Shown: positions 9,701 to 27,700, counted from the stretch's first letter. The stretch is DNA of 64,000 nucleotides from Pristiophorus japonicus (GCF_044704955.1 NC_091995.1:56606001-56670000); one strand, 5' to 3'. Translations and numbers: made by a program. The notes: a model not told the origin generated them from the sequence alone.

Positions 9701-12700
9701 CACAGAGCCCTGCAAATAAACCCCTACACAACACAACACAGAGCCCTGTAAATAAACCCCAACACAACACAGAGCCCTGTAAATAAACCCCGACACAACA
9801 CAGAGCCCTGTAAATAAACCCCGACACAACACAGAGCCCTGTAAATAAACCCCAACACAACACAACGCCCTGTACATAAATCCCGACACAACACAACACA
9901 GGGCCCTGTAAATAAACCCCGACACAACACAACACAGAGCCCTGTAAATAAACCCCGACACAACACAACACAGGGCCCTGTAAATAAACCCCGACACAAC
10001 ACAACACAGAGCCCTGTAAATAAACCCCGACACAACACAACACAGAGCCCTGTAAATAAACCCCGACACAACACAACACAGAGCCCTGTAAATAAACCCC
10101 GACACAACACAACACAGAGCCCTGTAAATAAACCCCGACACAACACAACACAGAGCCCTGTAAATAAACCCCGACACAACACAACACAGAGCCCTGTAAA
10201 TAAACCCCGACACAACACAACACAGAGCCCTGTAAATAAACCCCAACACAACACAGTGCCCTGTAAATAAACCCCAACACAACACAGCACAGAGCCCTGT
10301 AAATAAACCCCAACACAACACAGAGCCCTGTAAATAAACCCCAACACAACACAACACAGAGCCCTGTAAATAAACCCCAACACAACACAACACAGGGCCC
10401 TGTAAATAAACCCCGACACAACACAGAGCCCTGTAAATAAACCCCGACACAACACAACACAGAGCCCTGTAAATAAACCCCGACACAACACAACACAGGG
10501 CCCTGTAAATAAACCCCGACACAACACAACACAACGCCCTGTAAATAAACCCCGACACAACACAACACAGGGCCCTGTAAATAAACCCCAACACAACACA
10601 GAGCCCTGTAAATAAACCCTGACACAACACAACACAACGCCCTGTAAATAAACGCCGACACAACACAACACAGGGCCCTGTAAATAAACCCCGACACAAC
10701 ACAACACAGAGCCCTGTAAATAAACCCCAACACAACACAACACAACACAGAGCCCTGTAAATAAACCCCGACACAACACAACACAGAGCCCTGTAAATAA
10801 ACCCCGACACAACACAACACAGAGCCCTGTAAATAAGCCCCGACATAACACAACACAGAGCCCTGTAAATAAACCCCGACACAACACAACACAGAGCCCT
10901 GTAAATAAACCCCGACACAACACAGAGCCCTGCAAATAAATCCCGACACAAAACAGAGCCCTGTAAATAAACCCCGACACAACACAACACAGAGCCCTGT
11001 AAATAAACCCCGACACAACACAACACAGTGCCCTGTAAATAAACCCCAACACAACACAGTGCCCTGTAAATAAACCCCGACACAACACAACACAGTGCCC
11101 TGCAAATAAACCCCGACACAACACGAGTGCCCTGTAAATAAACCCCGAAACAACACAACTCAGAGCCCTGTAAATGAACCCCGACACAACACAACACAGA
11201 GCCCTGTAAATAAACCCCGACACAACACAGAGCCCTGTAAATGAACCCCAACACAACACAACACAGAGCCCTGTAAATAAACCCCGACACAACACAACAC
11301 AACACAGAGCCCTGTAAATAAACCCCGACACAACACAACACAGTGCCCTGTAAATAAACCCCGACACAACACAGAGCCCTGTAAATAAACCCCGACACAA
11401 CAGAGCCGTGTAAATAAAACGCAACACAACACAACACAGAGCCCTGTAAATAAACCCCGACACAACACAACACAGAGCCCTGTAAATAAACCCCTACACA
11501 ACACAACACAGAGCCCTGTAAATAAACCCCAACACAACACAACACAGAGCCCTGTAAATAAACCCCGACACAACACAGAGCCCTGTAAATAAACCCCGAC
11601 ACAACACAGAGCCCTGTAAATAAACCCCGACACAACACAGAGCCCTGTAAATAAACCCCAACACAACACAACGCCCTGTACATAAACCCCGACACAACAC
11701 AACACAGAGCCCTGTAAATAAACCCCAACACAACAAAGAGCCCTGTAAATAAACCCCAACACAGCACAACACAGAGCCCTGTAAATAAACCCCGACACAA
11801 CACAAAACAGAGCCCTGTAAATAAACCCCGACACAACACAACACAGGGCCCTGTAAATAAACCCCGACACAACACAACACAGAGCCCTGTAAATAAACCC
11901 CGACACAACACAACACAGAGCCCTGTAAATAAACCCCGACACAACACAACACAGAGCCCTGTAAATAAACCCCGACACAACACAACACAGAGCCCTGTAA
12001 ATAAACCCCGACACAACACAACACAGAGCCCTGTAAATAAACCCCGACACAACACAACACAGAGCCCTGTAAATAAACCCCGACACAACACAACACAGAG
12101 CCCTGTAAATAATCCCAACACAACACAGAGCCCTGTAAATAAACCCCAACACAACAGAGAGCCCGGTAAATAAACCCCAACACAACACAACACAGAGCCC
12201 TGTAAATAAACCCTGACACAACACAACAGAGCCCTGTAAATAAAACCCAACACAGCACAACACAGAGCCCTGTAAATAAACCCCAACAAAACACAACACA
12301 ACACAGAGCCCTGTATTAAACCCCAACACAGCACAACACAGAGCCCTGTAAATAAACCCCGACACAACACAACACAGAGCCCTGTAAATAAACCCCGACA
12401 CAACACAACACAGAGCCCTGTAAATAAACCCCGACACAACACAGTGCCCTGTAAATAAACCCCAACACAACACAGAGCCCTGTAAATAAACCCCAACACA
12501 ACACAACACAGAGCCGTCAATAAACCCCGACACAACACAACACAGAGACCTGTAAATAAACCCCGACACAACACAACACAGAGCCCTGTAAATAAACCCC
12601 GACACAACACAGAGCCCTATAAATAAACCCTGACACAACACAACACAACACAGAGCCCTATAAATAAACCCCAACTCAACAAAGGGCCCTGTAAATAAAC

Positions 12701-15700
12701 CCCAACACAACACAACACAGAGCCCTGTAAATAAACCCCAACACAACACAGAGCCCTGTAAATAAATCCCGACACAACACAACACAGTGCCCTGTAAATA
12801 AACACCAAAACAACACAACACAGAGCCCTGTAAATAAACCCTGACACAACACAACACAGAGCCCTGTAAATAAAACCCAACACAGCACAACACAGAGCCC
12901 TGTAAATAAACCCCGACACAACACAACACAGAGCCCTGTAAATAAACCCCGACACAACACAACACAGAGCCCTGTAAATAAACCCCAACACAGCACAACA
13001 CAGAGCCCTGTAAATAAACCCCGACACAACACAACACAGAGCCCTGTAAATAAACCCCGACACAACACAACACAGAGCCCTGTAAATAAACCCCGACACA
13101 ACACAGTGCCCTGTAAATAAACCCCAACACAACACAACACAGAGCCCTGTAAATAAACCCCAACACAACACAGAGCCCTGTAAATAAACCCCAACACAAC
13201 ACAACACAGGGCCCTGTAAATAAACCCCAACACAACACAGAGCCCTGTAAATAAACACCGACACAACACAGAGCCCTGTAAATAAACCCCGACACAACAC
13301 AACACAGAGCCCTGTAAATAAACCCCAACACAGCACAACACAGAGCCCTGTAAATAAACCCCAACACAACACAACACAGGGCCCTGTAAATAAACCCCAA
13401 CACAACACAGAGCCCTGTAAATAAACCCCAACACAACACAACACAGAGCCCTGTAAATAAACCCCAACACAACACAGGGCCCTGTAAATAAACCCTGACA
13501 CAACAAAACACAGAGCCCTGTAAATAAACCCCGACACAACACAGTGCCCTGTAAATAAACCCCAACACAACACAACACAGAGCCCTGTAAATAAACCCCG
13601 ACACAACACAACACAGAGCCCTGTAAATAAACCCCGACACAACACAACACAGAGCCCTGTAAAAAAACCCTGACACAACACAACACAGAGCCCTGTAAAT
13701 AAACCCCGACACAACACAGTGCCCTGTAAATAAACCCCGACACAAAACAACACAGAGCCCTGTAAATAAACCCCGACACAACACAACACAGAGCCCTGTA
13801 AATAAACCCCAACACAACACAACGCCCTGTAAATAAACCCCAACACAACACAACACAGAGCCCTGTAAATAAACCCCGACACAACACAGAGCCCTGTAAA
13901 TAAACCCCGACACAACACAACACAGAGCCCTGTAAATAAACCCCGACACAACACAGAGCCCTGTAAATAAACCCCGACACAACACAGAGCCCTGTCAATA
14001 AACCCCGACACAACACAACACAGAGCCCTGTAAATAAACCCCGACACAACACAACTCAGAGCCCTGTAAATAAACCCCGACACAACACAACACAGAGCCC
14101 TGTAAATAAACCCCGACACAACACAACACAGAGCCCTGTAAATAAACCCCGACACAACACAACACAGTGCCCTGTAAATAAACGCCGACACAACACAACA
14201 CAGTGCCCTGTAAATAAACCCCGACACAACACAACACAGTGCCCTGCAAATAAACCCCGACACAACACAACAGAGTGCCCTGTAAATAAACCCCGAAACA
14301 ACACAACTCAGAGCCCTGTAAATGAACCCCGACACAACACAACACAGAGCCCTGTAAATAAACCCCGACACAACACAGAGCCCTGTTAATAAATCCCGAC
14401 ACAACACAGAGCCCTGTAAATAAACCCCAACACAACACAACACAGAGCCCTGTAAATAAACCCCGACACAACACAACACAGAGCCCTGTAAATAAACCCC
14501 GACACAACACAACACAGAGCCCTGTAAATAAACCCCGACACAAGACAACACAACACAGAGCCCTGTAAATAAACCCCGACACAACACAACACAGTGCCCT
14601 GTAAATAAACCCCGACACAACACAGAGCCCTGTAAATAAACCCCGACACAACACAACACAGAGCCCTGTAAATAAACCCCGACACAACACAACACAGAGC
14701 CCTGTAAATAAACCCCTACACAACACAACACAGAGCCCTGTAAATAAACCCCGACACAACACAACACAGAGCCCTGTAAATAAACCCCGACACAACACAG
14801 AGCCCTGTAAATAAACCCCAACACAACACAGAGCCCTGTAAATAAACCCCAACACAACACAACGCCCTGTACATAAACCCCGACACAACACAACACAGAG
14901 CCCTGTAAATAAACCCCGACACAACACAACACAGGGCCCTGTAAATAAAACCCGACACAACACAACACAGAGCCATGTAAATAAACCCGACACAACACAA
15001 CACAGGGCCCTGTAAATAAACCCCGACACAACACAACACAGGGCCCTGTAAATAAACCCCGACACAACACAACACAGAGCCCTGTAAATAAACCCCGACA
15101 CAACACAACACAGAGCCCTGTAAATAAACCCCGACACAACACAACACAGAGCCCTGTAAATAAACCCCGACACAACACAACACAGAGCCCTGTAAATAAA
15201 CCCCGACACAACACAACACAGAGCCCTGTAAATAAACCCCGACACAACACAACACAGAGCCCTGTAAATAAACCCTGACACAACACAACACAGAGCCCTG
15301 TAAATAAACCCTGACACAACACAACACAGAGCCCTGTAAATAAACCCCGACACAGCACAACACAGTGCCCTGGAAATAAACCCCAACACAGTGCCCTGTA
15401 AATAAACCCCAACACAACACAACACAGAGCCCTGTAAATAAACCCCAACACAACACAACACAGGGCCCTGTAAATAAACCCCGACACAACACAGAGCCCT
15501 GTAAATAAACCCCGACACAACACAGAGCCCTGTAAATAAACCCCGACACAACACAACACAGAGCCCTGTAAATAAACCCCGACACAACACAACACAGGGC
15601 CCTGTAAATAAACCCCGACACAACACAACACAGGGCCCTGTAAATAAACCCCGACACAACACAACACAGGGCCCTGTAAATAAACCCCGACACAACACAA

Positions 15701-18700
15701 CACAGAGCCCTGGAAATAAACCCCGACACAACACAACACAGAGCCCTGTAAATAAACCCCGACACAACACAGTGCCCTGTAAATAAACCCCAACACAACA
15801 CAACACAGTGCCCTGTAAATAAACCCCAACACAACACAACACAGAGCCCTGTAAATAAACCCCAACACAACACAACACAGAGCCCTGTAAATAAACCCCG
15901 ACATAACACAACACAGGGCCCTGTAAATAAACCCCGACACAACACAACACAGAGCCCTGTAAATAAACCCCGACACAACACAGTGTCCTGTAAATAAACC
16001 CCAACACAACACAACACAGAGCCCTGTAAATAAACCCCAACACAACACAGAGCCCTGTAAATAAACCCCAACACAACACAACACAGAGCCCTGTAAATAA
16101 ACCCCAACACAACACAACACAGGGCCCTGTAAATAAACCCCAACACAACACAGAGCCCTGTAAATAAACACCGACACAACACAGAGCCCTGTAAATAAAC
16201 CCCGACACAACACAACACAGAGCCCTGCAAATAAACCCCAACACAGCACAACACAGAGCCCTGTAAATAAACCCCGACACAACACAACACAGAGCCCTGG
16301 AAATAAACCCCGACACAACACAACACAGAGCTCTGTAAATAAACCCCGACACAACACAGTGCCCTGTAAATAAACCCCAACACAACACAACACAGAGCCC
16401 TGTAAATATACCCCAACACAACATAACACAGGGCCCTGTAAATAAACCCCAACACAACACAGAGCCCTGTAAATAAACTCCAACACAACACAACACAGAG
16501 CCCTGTAAATAAACCCCAACACAACACAGGGCCCTGTAAATAAACCCCAACACAACACAGAGCCCTGTAAATAAACCCCAACACAACACAACACAGAGCC
16601 CTGTAAATAAACCCCGACACAACACAGAGCCCTGTAAATAAACCCCGACACAACACAACACAGAGCCCTGTAAATAAACCCCGACACAACACAACACAGG
16701 ACCCTGTAAATAAACCCCGACACAACACAACACAGGGCCCTGTAAATAAACTCCGACACAAAACAGAGCCCTGTAAATAAACCCCGACACAACACAACAC
16801 AACACAGAGCCCTAAAAATAAACCCCAACACAACACAACACAACACAGAGCCCTATAAATAAACCCCAACACAACACAGAGCCCTGTAAATAAACCCCAA
16901 CACAACACAACACAACACAACACAGAGCCCTGTAAATAAACCCCAACACAACACAGAGCCCTGTAAATAAATCCCGACACAACACAACACAGTGCCCTGT
17001 AAATAAACCCCAACACAACACAACACAGAGCCCTGTAAATAAACCCTGACACAACACAACACAGTGCCCTGTAAATAAACCCCGACACAACACAACACAA
17101 CACAACGCCCTGCAAATAAACCCCGACACAACACAACACAGGGCCTTGTAAATAAACCCCAGCACAACACAGAGCCCTGTAAATAAACCCCGACACAACA
17201 CAACACAGGGCCCTGTAAATAAACCCCGACACAACACAACACAGTGACCTGTAAATAAACCCCGACACAACACAACACAGAGCCCTGTAAATAAACCCCG
17301 ACACAACACAACACAGAGCCCTGTAAATAAACCCCGACACATCACAACACAGAGCCCTGTAAATAAACCCCGACACAACACAACACAGAGCCCTGTAAAT
17401 AAACCCCGACACAACACAACACAGAGCCCTGTAAATAAACCCCGACACAACACAACACAGAGCCCTGTAAATAAACCCCGACACAACACAACACAGAGCC
17501 CTGTAAATAAACCCCGACACAGCACAACACAGAGCCCTGTAAATAAACCCCAACACAACACAACACAGAGCCCTGGAAATAAACCCCGACACAACACAAC
17601 ACAGAGCCCTGTAAATAAACCCCGACACAACACAGTGCCCTTTAAATAAACCCCAACACAACACAACACAGAGCCCTGTAAATAAACCCCAACACAACAC
17701 AGGGCCCTGTAAATAAACCCCAACACAACACAACACAACACAGAGCCCTGTAAATAAACCCCGACATAACACAACACAGGGCCCTGTAAATAAACCCCGA
17801 CACAACACAACACAGAGCCCTGTAAATAAACCCCGACACAACACAACACAGAGCCCTGTAAATAAACCCCGACACAACACAACACAGAGCCCTGTTAATA
17901 AACCCCGACACAACACAACACAGAGCCCTGTAAATAAACCCCGACACAACACAACACAGAGCCCTGTAAATAAACCCCGACACAACACAACACAGAGCCC
18001 TGTAAATAAACCCCAACACAGCACAACACAGAGCCCTGTAAATAAACCCTGACACAACACAACACAGAGCCCTGTAAATAAACCCCGACACAACACAACA
18101 CAGAGCCCTGTAAATAAACCCCGACACAACACAGTGCCCTGTAAATAAACCCCTACACAACACAGAGCCCTGTAAATAAACCCCAACACAACACAACACA
18201 GAGCCCTGTAAATAAACCACAACACAACACAACACAGGGCCCTGTAAATAAACCCCGACACAACACAGAGCCCTGTAAATAAACACCGACACAACACAGA
18301 GCCCTGTAAATAAACCCCGACACAACACAACACAGAGCCCTGTAAATAAACCCCGACACAACACAACACAGGGCCCTGTAAATAAACCCCGACACAACAC
18401 AACACAGGGCCCTGTAAATAAACCCCGACACAACACAACACAGGGCCCTGTAAATAAACCCCGACACAACACAACACAGAGCCCTGTAAATAAACCCCGA
18501 CACAACACAGGGCCCTGTAAATAAACCCCGACACAACACAGGGCCCTGTAAATAAACCCCAACACAGCACAACACAGAGCCCTGGAAATAAACCCCGACA
18601 CAACACAACAAAGAGCCCTGTAAATAAACCCCAACACAACACAGAGCCCTGGAAATAAACCCCGACACAACACAACACAGAGCCCTGTAAATAAACCCCG

Positions 18701-21700
18701 ACACAACACAGTGCCCTGTAAATAAACCCCAACACAACACAGAGCCCTGTAAATAAACCCCAACACAACACAGGGCCCTGTAAATAAACCCCAACACAAC
18801 ACAGAGCCCTGTAAATAAACCCCAACACAACACAACACAGAGCCCTGTAAATAAACCCCGACACAACACAACACAGAGCCCTGTAAATAAACCCCGACAC
18901 AACACAACACAGTGCCCTGTAAATAAACCCCAACACAACACAACACAGAGCCCTGTAAATAAACCCCAACACAACACAGGGCCCTGTAAATAAACCCCGA
19001 CACAACACAACACAACACAGAGCCCTGTAAATAAACCCCGACATAACACAACACAGAGCCCTATAAATAAACCCCAACACAACACAGAGCCCTGTAAATA
19101 AACCCCAACACAACACAACACAACACAGAGCCCTGTAAATAAACCCCAACACAACACAGAGCCCTGTAAATAAATCCCGACACAACACAACACAGTGCCC
19201 TGTAAATAAACCCCAACACAACACAACACAGAGCCCTGTAAATAAACCTTGACACAACACAACACAGTGCCCTGTAAATAAACCCCGACACAACACAACA
19301 CAACACAACGCCCTGCAAATAAACCCCGACTCAACACAACACAGGGCCTTGTAAATAAACCCCAGCACAACACAGAGCCCTGTAAATAAACCCTGACACA
19401 ACACAACACAGTGCCCTGTAAATAAACCCCGACACAACACAACACAGGGCCCTGTAAATAAACCCCGACACAACACAACACAGTGACCTGTAAATAAACC
19501 CCGACACAACACAACACAGAGCCCTGTAAATAAACCCCGACACAACACAACACAGAGCCCTGTAAATAAACCCCGACACAACACAACACAGAGCCCTGTA
19601 AATAAACCCCGACACAACACAACACAGAGCCCTGTAAATAAACCCCGACACAACACAACACAGAGCCCTGTAAATAAACCCCGACACAACACAACACAGA
19701 GCCCTGTAAATAAACCCCAACACAGCACAACACAGAGCCCTGTAAATAAACCCCAACACAACACAACACAGAGCACTGGAAATAAACCCCGACACAACAC
19801 AACACAGAGCCCTGTAAATAAACCCCGACACAACACAGTGCCCTTTAAATAAACCCCAACACAACACAACACAGAGCCCTGTAAATAAACCCCAACACAA
19901 CACAGGGCCCTGTAAATAAACCCCAACACAACACAGAGCCCTGTAAATAAACCCCAACACAACACAACACAGAGCCCTGTAAATAAACGCCGACACAACA
20001 CAACACAGAGCCCTGTAAATAAATCCCGACACAACACAACACAGAGCCCTGTAAATAAACCCCGACAGAACACAACACAGAGCCCTGTAAATAAACCCCG
20101 ACACAACACAACACAGAGCCCTGTAAATAAACCCCGACACAACACAACACAGAGCCCTGTAAATAAACCCCGACACAACACAGTGCCCTGTAAATAAACC
20201 CCAACACAACACAACACAACACAGAGCCCTGTAAATAAACCCCAACACAACACAGGGCCCTGTAAATAAACCCCGACACAACACAACACAACACAGAGCC
20301 CTGTAAATAAACCCCGACATAACACAACACAGGGCCCTGTAAATAAACCCCGACACAACACAACACAGAGCCCTGTAAATAAACCCCGACACAACACAAC
20401 ACAGAGCCCTGTAAATAAACCCCGACACAACACAACACAGAGCCCTGTTAATAAACCCCGACACAACACAACACAGAGCCCTGTAAATAAACCCCGACAC
20501 AACACAACACAGAGCCCTGTAAATAAACCCCGACACAACACAGAGCCCTGTAAATAAACCCCAACACAGCACAACACAGAGCCCTGTAAATAAACCCTGA
20601 CACAACACAACACAGAGCCCTGTAAATAAACCCCGACACAACACAACACAGAGCCCTGTAAATAAACCCCGACACAACACAGTGCCCTGTAAATAAACCC
20701 CAACACATCACAACACAGAGCCCTGTAAATAAACCCCTACACAACACAGAGCCCTGTAAATAAACCTCCAACACAACACAACACAGGGCCCTGTAAATAA
20801 ACCCCGACACAACACAGAGCCCTGTAAATAAACACCGACACAACACAGAGCCCTGTAAATAAACCCCAACACAACACAGAGCCCTGTAAATAAACACCGA
20901 CACAACACAGAGCCCTGTAAATAAACCCCGACACAACACAACACAGAGCCCTGTAAATAAACCCCAACACAGCACAACACAGAGCCCTGTAAATAAACCC
21001 CGACACAACACAACACAGAGCCCTGGAAATAAACCCCGACACAACACAACACAGAGCTCTGTAAATAAACCCCGACACAACACAGTGCCCTGTAAATAAA
21101 CCCCAACACAACACAACACAGAGCCCTGTAAATATACCCCAACACAACACAACACAGGGCCCTGTAAATAAACCCCAACACAACACAGAGCCCTGTAAAT
21201 AAACTCCAACACAACACAACACAGAGCCCTGTAAATAAACCCCAACACAACACAGGGCCCTGTAAATAAACCCCAACACAACACAGAGCCCTGTAAATAA
21301 ACCCCAACACAACACAACACAGAGCCCTGTAAATAAACCCCGACACAACACAGAGCCCTGTAAATAAACCCCGACACAACACAACACAGAGCCCTGTAAA
21401 TAAACCCCGACACAACACAACACAGGACCCTGTAAATAAACCCCGACACAACACAACACAGGGCCCTGTAAATAAACTCCGACACAAAACAGAGCCCTGT
21501 AAATAAACCCCGACACAACACAACACAACACAGAGCCCTAAAAATAAACCCCAACACAACACAACACAACACAGAGCCCTATAAATAAACCCCAACACAA
21601 CACAGAGCCCTGTAAATAAACCCCAACACAACACAACACAACACAACACAGAGCCCTGTAAATAAACCCCAACACAACACAGAGCCCTGTAAATAAATCC

Positions 21701-24700
21701 CGACACAACACAACACAGTGCCCTGTAAATAAACCCCAACACAACACAACACAGAGCCCTGTAAATAAACCCTGACACAACACAACACAGTGCCCTGTAA
21801 ATAAACCCCGACACAACACAACACAACACAACGCCCTGCAAATAAACCCCGACACAACACAACACAGGGCCTTGTAAATAAACCCCAGCACAACACAGAG
21901 CCCTATAAATAAACCCTGACACAACACAACACAGTGCCCTGTAAATAAACCCCGACACAACACAACACAGGGCCCTGTAAATAAACCCCGACACAACACA
22001 ACACAGTGACCTGTAAATAAACCCCGACACAACACAACACAGAGCCCTGTAAATAAACCCCGACACAACACAACACAGAGCCCTGTAAATAAACCCCGAC
22101 ACATTACAACACAGAGCCCTGTAAATAAACCCCGACACAACACAACACAGAGCCCTGTAAATAAACCCCGACACAACACAACACAGAGCCCTGTAAATAA
22201 ACCCCGACACAACACAACACAGAGCCCTGTAAATAAACCCCGACACAACACAACACAGAGCCCTGTAAATAAACCCCAACACAGCACAACACAGAGCCCT
22301 GTAAATAAACCCCAACACAACACAACACAGAGCCCTGTAAATAAACCCCAACACAACACAGGGCCCTGTAAATAAACCCCAACACAACACAGAGCCCTGT
22401 AAATAAACGCCGACACAACACAACACAGAGCCCTGTAAATAAATCCCGACACAACACAACACAGAGCCCTGTAAATAAACCCCGACAGAACACAACACAG
22501 AGCCCTGTAAATAAACCCCGACAGAACACAACACAGAGCCCTGTAAATAAACCCCGACACAACACAACACAGAGCCCTGTAAATAAACCCCGACACAACA
22601 CAACACAGAGCCCTGTAAATAAACCCCGACACAACACAGTGCCCTATAAATAAACCCCAACACAACACAGAGCCCTGTAAATAAACGCCGACACAACACA
22701 ACACAGAGCCCTGTAAATAAATCCCGACACAACACAACACAGAGCCCTGTAAATAAACCCCGACAGAACACAACACAGAGCCCTGTAAATAAACCCCGAC
22801 ACAACACAACACAGAGCCCTGTAAATAAACCCCGACACAACACAACACAGAGCCCTGTAAATAAACCCCGACACAACACAGTGCCCTGTAAATAAACCCC
22901 AACACAACACAACACAACACAGAGCCCTGTAAATAAACCCCGACACAACACAGGGCCCTGTAAATAAACCCCAACACAACACAGAGCCCTGTAAATAAAC
23001 GCCGACACAACACAACACAGAGCCCTGTAAATAAATCCCGACACAACACAACACAGAGCCCTGTAAATAAACCCCGACAGAACACAACACAGAGCCCTGT
23101 AAATAAACCCCGACACAACACAGTGCCCTGTAAATAAACCCCAACACAACACAACACAGAGCCCTGTAAATAAACCCCAACACAACACAGGGCCCTGTAA
23201 ATAAACCCCGACACAACACAACACAACACAGAGCCCTGTAAATAAACCCCGACACAACACAACACAGGGCCCTGTAAATAAACCCCGACACAACACAACA
23301 CAGAGCCCTGTAAATAAACCCCGACACAACACAACACAGAGCCCTGTAAATAAACCCCGACACAACACAACACAGAGCCCTGTTAATAAACCCCGACACA
23401 ACACAACACAGAGCCCTGTAAATAAACCCCGACACAACACAACACAGAGCCCTGTAAATAAACCCCGACACAACACAACACAGAGCCCTGTAAATAAACC
23501 CCAACACAGCACAACACAGAGCCCTGTAAATAAACCCTGACACAACACAACACAGAGCCCTGTAAATAAACCCCGACACAACACAACACAGAGCCCTGTA
23601 AATAAACCCCGACACAACACAGTGCCCTGTAAATAAACCCCAACACATCACAACACAGAGCCCTGTAAATAAACCCCTGCACAACACAGAGCCCTGTAAA
23701 TAAACCCCAACACAACACAACACAGAGCCCTGTAAATAAACCACAACACAACACAACACAGGGCCCTGTAAATAAACCCCGACACAACACAGAGCCCTGT
23801 AAATAAACACCGACACAACACAGAGCCCTGTAAATAAACCCCGACACAACACAACACAGAGCCCTGTAAATAAACCCCGACACAACACAACACAGGGCCC
23901 TGTAAATAAACCCCGACACAACACAACACAGGGCCCTGTAAATAAACACCGACACAACACAGAGCCCTGTAAATAAACCCCGACACAACACAACACAGAG
24001 CCCTGTAAATAAACCCCAACACAGCACAACACAGAGCCCTGTAAATAAACCCCGACACAACACAACACAGAGCCCTGGAAATAAACCCCGACACAACACA
24101 ACACAGAGCTCTGTAAATAAACCCCGACACAACACAGAGCCCTGTAAATAAACTCCAACACAACACAACACAGAGCCCTGTAAATAAACCCCAACACAAC
24201 ACAGGGCCCTGTAAATAAACCCCAACACAACACAGAGCCCTGTAAATAAACCCCAACACAACACAACACAGAGCCCTGTAAATAAACCCCGACACAACAC
24301 AGAGCCCTGTAAATAAACCCCGACACAACACAACACAGAGCCCTGTAAATAAACCCCGACACAACACAACACAGGACCCTGTAAATAAACCCCGACACAA
24401 CACAACACAGGGCCCTGTAAATAAACTCCGACACAAAACAGAGCCCTGTAAATAAACCCCGACACAACACAACACAACACAGAGCCCTAAAAATAAACCC
24501 CAACACAACACAACACAGAGCCCTATAAATAAACCCCAACACAACACAGAGCCCTGTAAATAAACCCCAACACAACACAACACAACACAACACAGAGCCC
24601 TGTAAATAAACCCCGACACAACACAACACAGAGCCCTGTAAATAAACCCCGACACAACACAACACAGAGCCCTGTAAATAAACCCCGACACAACACAACA

Positions 24701-27700
24701 CAGAGCCCTGTAAATAAACCCCGACACAACACAACACAGAGCCCTGTAAATAAACCCCAACACAGCACAACACAGAGCCCTGTAAATAAACCCCAACACA
24801 ACACAACACAGAGCCCTGGAAATAAACCCCGACACAACACAACACAGAGCCCTGTAAATAAACCCCGACACAACACAGTGCCCTTTAAATAAACCCCAAC
24901 ACAACACAACACAGAGCCCTGTAAATAAACCCCAACACAACACAGGGCCCTGTAAATAAACCCCAACACAACACAGAGCCCTGTAAATAAACGCCGACAC
25001 AACACAACACAGAGCCCTGTAAATAAATCCCGACACAACACAACACAGAGCCCTGTAAATAAACCCCGACAGAACACAACACAGAGCCCTGTAAATAAAC
25101 CCCGACACAACACAACACAGAGCCCTGTAAATAAACCCCGACACAACACAACACAGAGCCCTGTAAATAAACCCCGACACAACACAGTGCCCTGTAAATA
25201 AACCCCACCACAACACAACACAGAGCCCTGTAAATAAACCCCAACACAACACAGGGCCCTGTAAATAAACCCCGACACAACACAACACAACACAGAGCCC
25301 TGTAAATAAACCCCGACATAACACAACACAGGGCCCTGTAAATAAACCCCGACACAACACAACACAGAGCCCTGTAAATAAACCCCGACACAACACAACA
25401 CAGAGCCCTGTAAATAAACCCCAACACAGCACAACACAGAGCCCTGTAAATAAACCCCGACACAACACAACACAGAGCCCTGTAAATAAACCCCGACACA
25501 ACACAACACAGAGCCCTGTAAATAAACCCCGACACAACACAGTGCCCTGTAAATAAACCCCAACACATCACAACACAGAGCCCTGTAAATAAACCCCTAC
25601 ACAACACAGAGCCCTGTAAATAAACCCCAACACAACACAACACAGAGCCCTGTAAATAAACCACAACACAACACAACACAGGGCCCTGTAAATAAACCCC
25701 GACACAACACAGAGCCCTGTAAATAAACACCGACACAACACAGAGCCCTGTAAATAAACCCCGACACAACACAACACAGAGCCCTGTAAATAAACCCCGA
25801 CACAACACAACACAGGGCCCTGTAAATAAACCCCGACACAACACAACACAGGGCCCTGAAATAAACCCCGACACAACACAACACAGGGCCCTGTAAATAA
25901 ACCCCGACACAACACAACACAGAGCCCTGTAAATAAACCCCGACACAACACAGGGCCCTGTAAATAAACCCCGACACAACACAGGGCCCTGTAAATAAAC
26001 CCCAACACAGCACAACACAGAGCCCTGGAAATAAACCCCGACACAACACAACAAAGAGCCCTGTAAATAAACCCCAACACAACACAACACAGAGCCCTGG
26101 AAATAAACCCCGACACAACACAACACAGAGCCCTGTAAATAAACCCCGACACAACACAGTGCATTGTAAATAAACCCCAACACAACACAGAGCCCTGTAA
26201 ATAAACCCCAACACAACACAGGGCCCTGTAAATAAACCCCAACACAACACAGAGCCCTGTAAATAAACCCCAACACAACACAACACAGAGCCCTGTAAAT
26301 AAACCCCGACACAACACAACACAGAGCCCTGTAAATAAACCCCGACACAACACAACACAGTGCCCTGTAAATAAACCCCAACACAACACAACACAGAGCC
26401 CTGTAAATAAACCCCAACACAACACAGGGCCCTGTAAATAAACCCCGACACAACACAACACAACACAGAGCCCTGTAAATAAACCCCGACAGAACACAAC
26501 ACAGAGCCCTATAAATAAACCCCAACACAACACAGAGCCCTGTAAATAAACCCCAACACAACACAACACAACACAGAGCCCTGTAAATAAACCCCAACAC
26601 AACACAGAGCCCTGTAAATAAATCCCGACACAACACAACACAGTGCCCTGTAAATAAACCCCAACACAACACAACACAGAGCCCTGTAAATAAACCCTGA
26701 CACAACGCAACACAGTGCCCTGTAAATAAACCCCGACACAACACAACACAACACAACGCCCTGCAAATAAACCCCGACACAACACAACACAGGGCCTTGT
26801 AAATAAACCCCAGCACAACACAGAGCCCTGTAAATAAACCCTGACACAACACAACACAGTGCCCTGTAAATAAACCCCGACACAACACAACACAGGGCCC
26901 TGTAAATAAACCCCGACACAACACAACACAGTGACCTGTAAATAAACCCCGACACAACACAACACAGAGCCCTGTAAATAAACCCCGACACAACACAACA
27001 CAGAGCCCTGTAAATAAACCCCGACACAACACAACACAGAGCCCTGTAAATAAACCCCGACACAACACAACACAGAGCCCTGTAAATAAACCCCGACACA
27101 ACACAACACAGAGCCCTGTAAATAAACCCCAACACAGCACAACACAGAGCCCTGTAAATAAACCCCAGCACAACACAACACAGAACACTGGAAATAAACC
27201 CCGACACAACACAACACAGAGCCCTGTAAATAAACCCCGACACAACACAGTGCCCTTTAAATAAACCCCAACACAACACAACACAGAGCCCTGTAAATAA
27301 ACCCCAACACAACACAGGGCCCTGTAAATAAACCCCAACACAACACAGAGCCCTGTAAATAAACCCCAACACAACACAACACAGAGCCCTGTAAATAAAC
27401 GCCGACACAACACAACACAGAGCCCTGTAAATAAATCCCGACACAACACAACACAGAGCCCTGTAAATAAACCCCGACAGAACACAACACAGAGCCCTGT
27501 AAATAAACCCCGACACAACACAACACAGAGCCCTGTAAATAAACCCCGACACAACACAACACAGAGCCCTGTAAATAAACCCCGACACAACACAGTGCCC
27601 TGTAAATAAACCCCAACACAACACAACACAACACAGAGCCCTGTAAATAAACCCCAACACAACACAGGGCCCTGTAAATAAACCCCGACACAACACAACA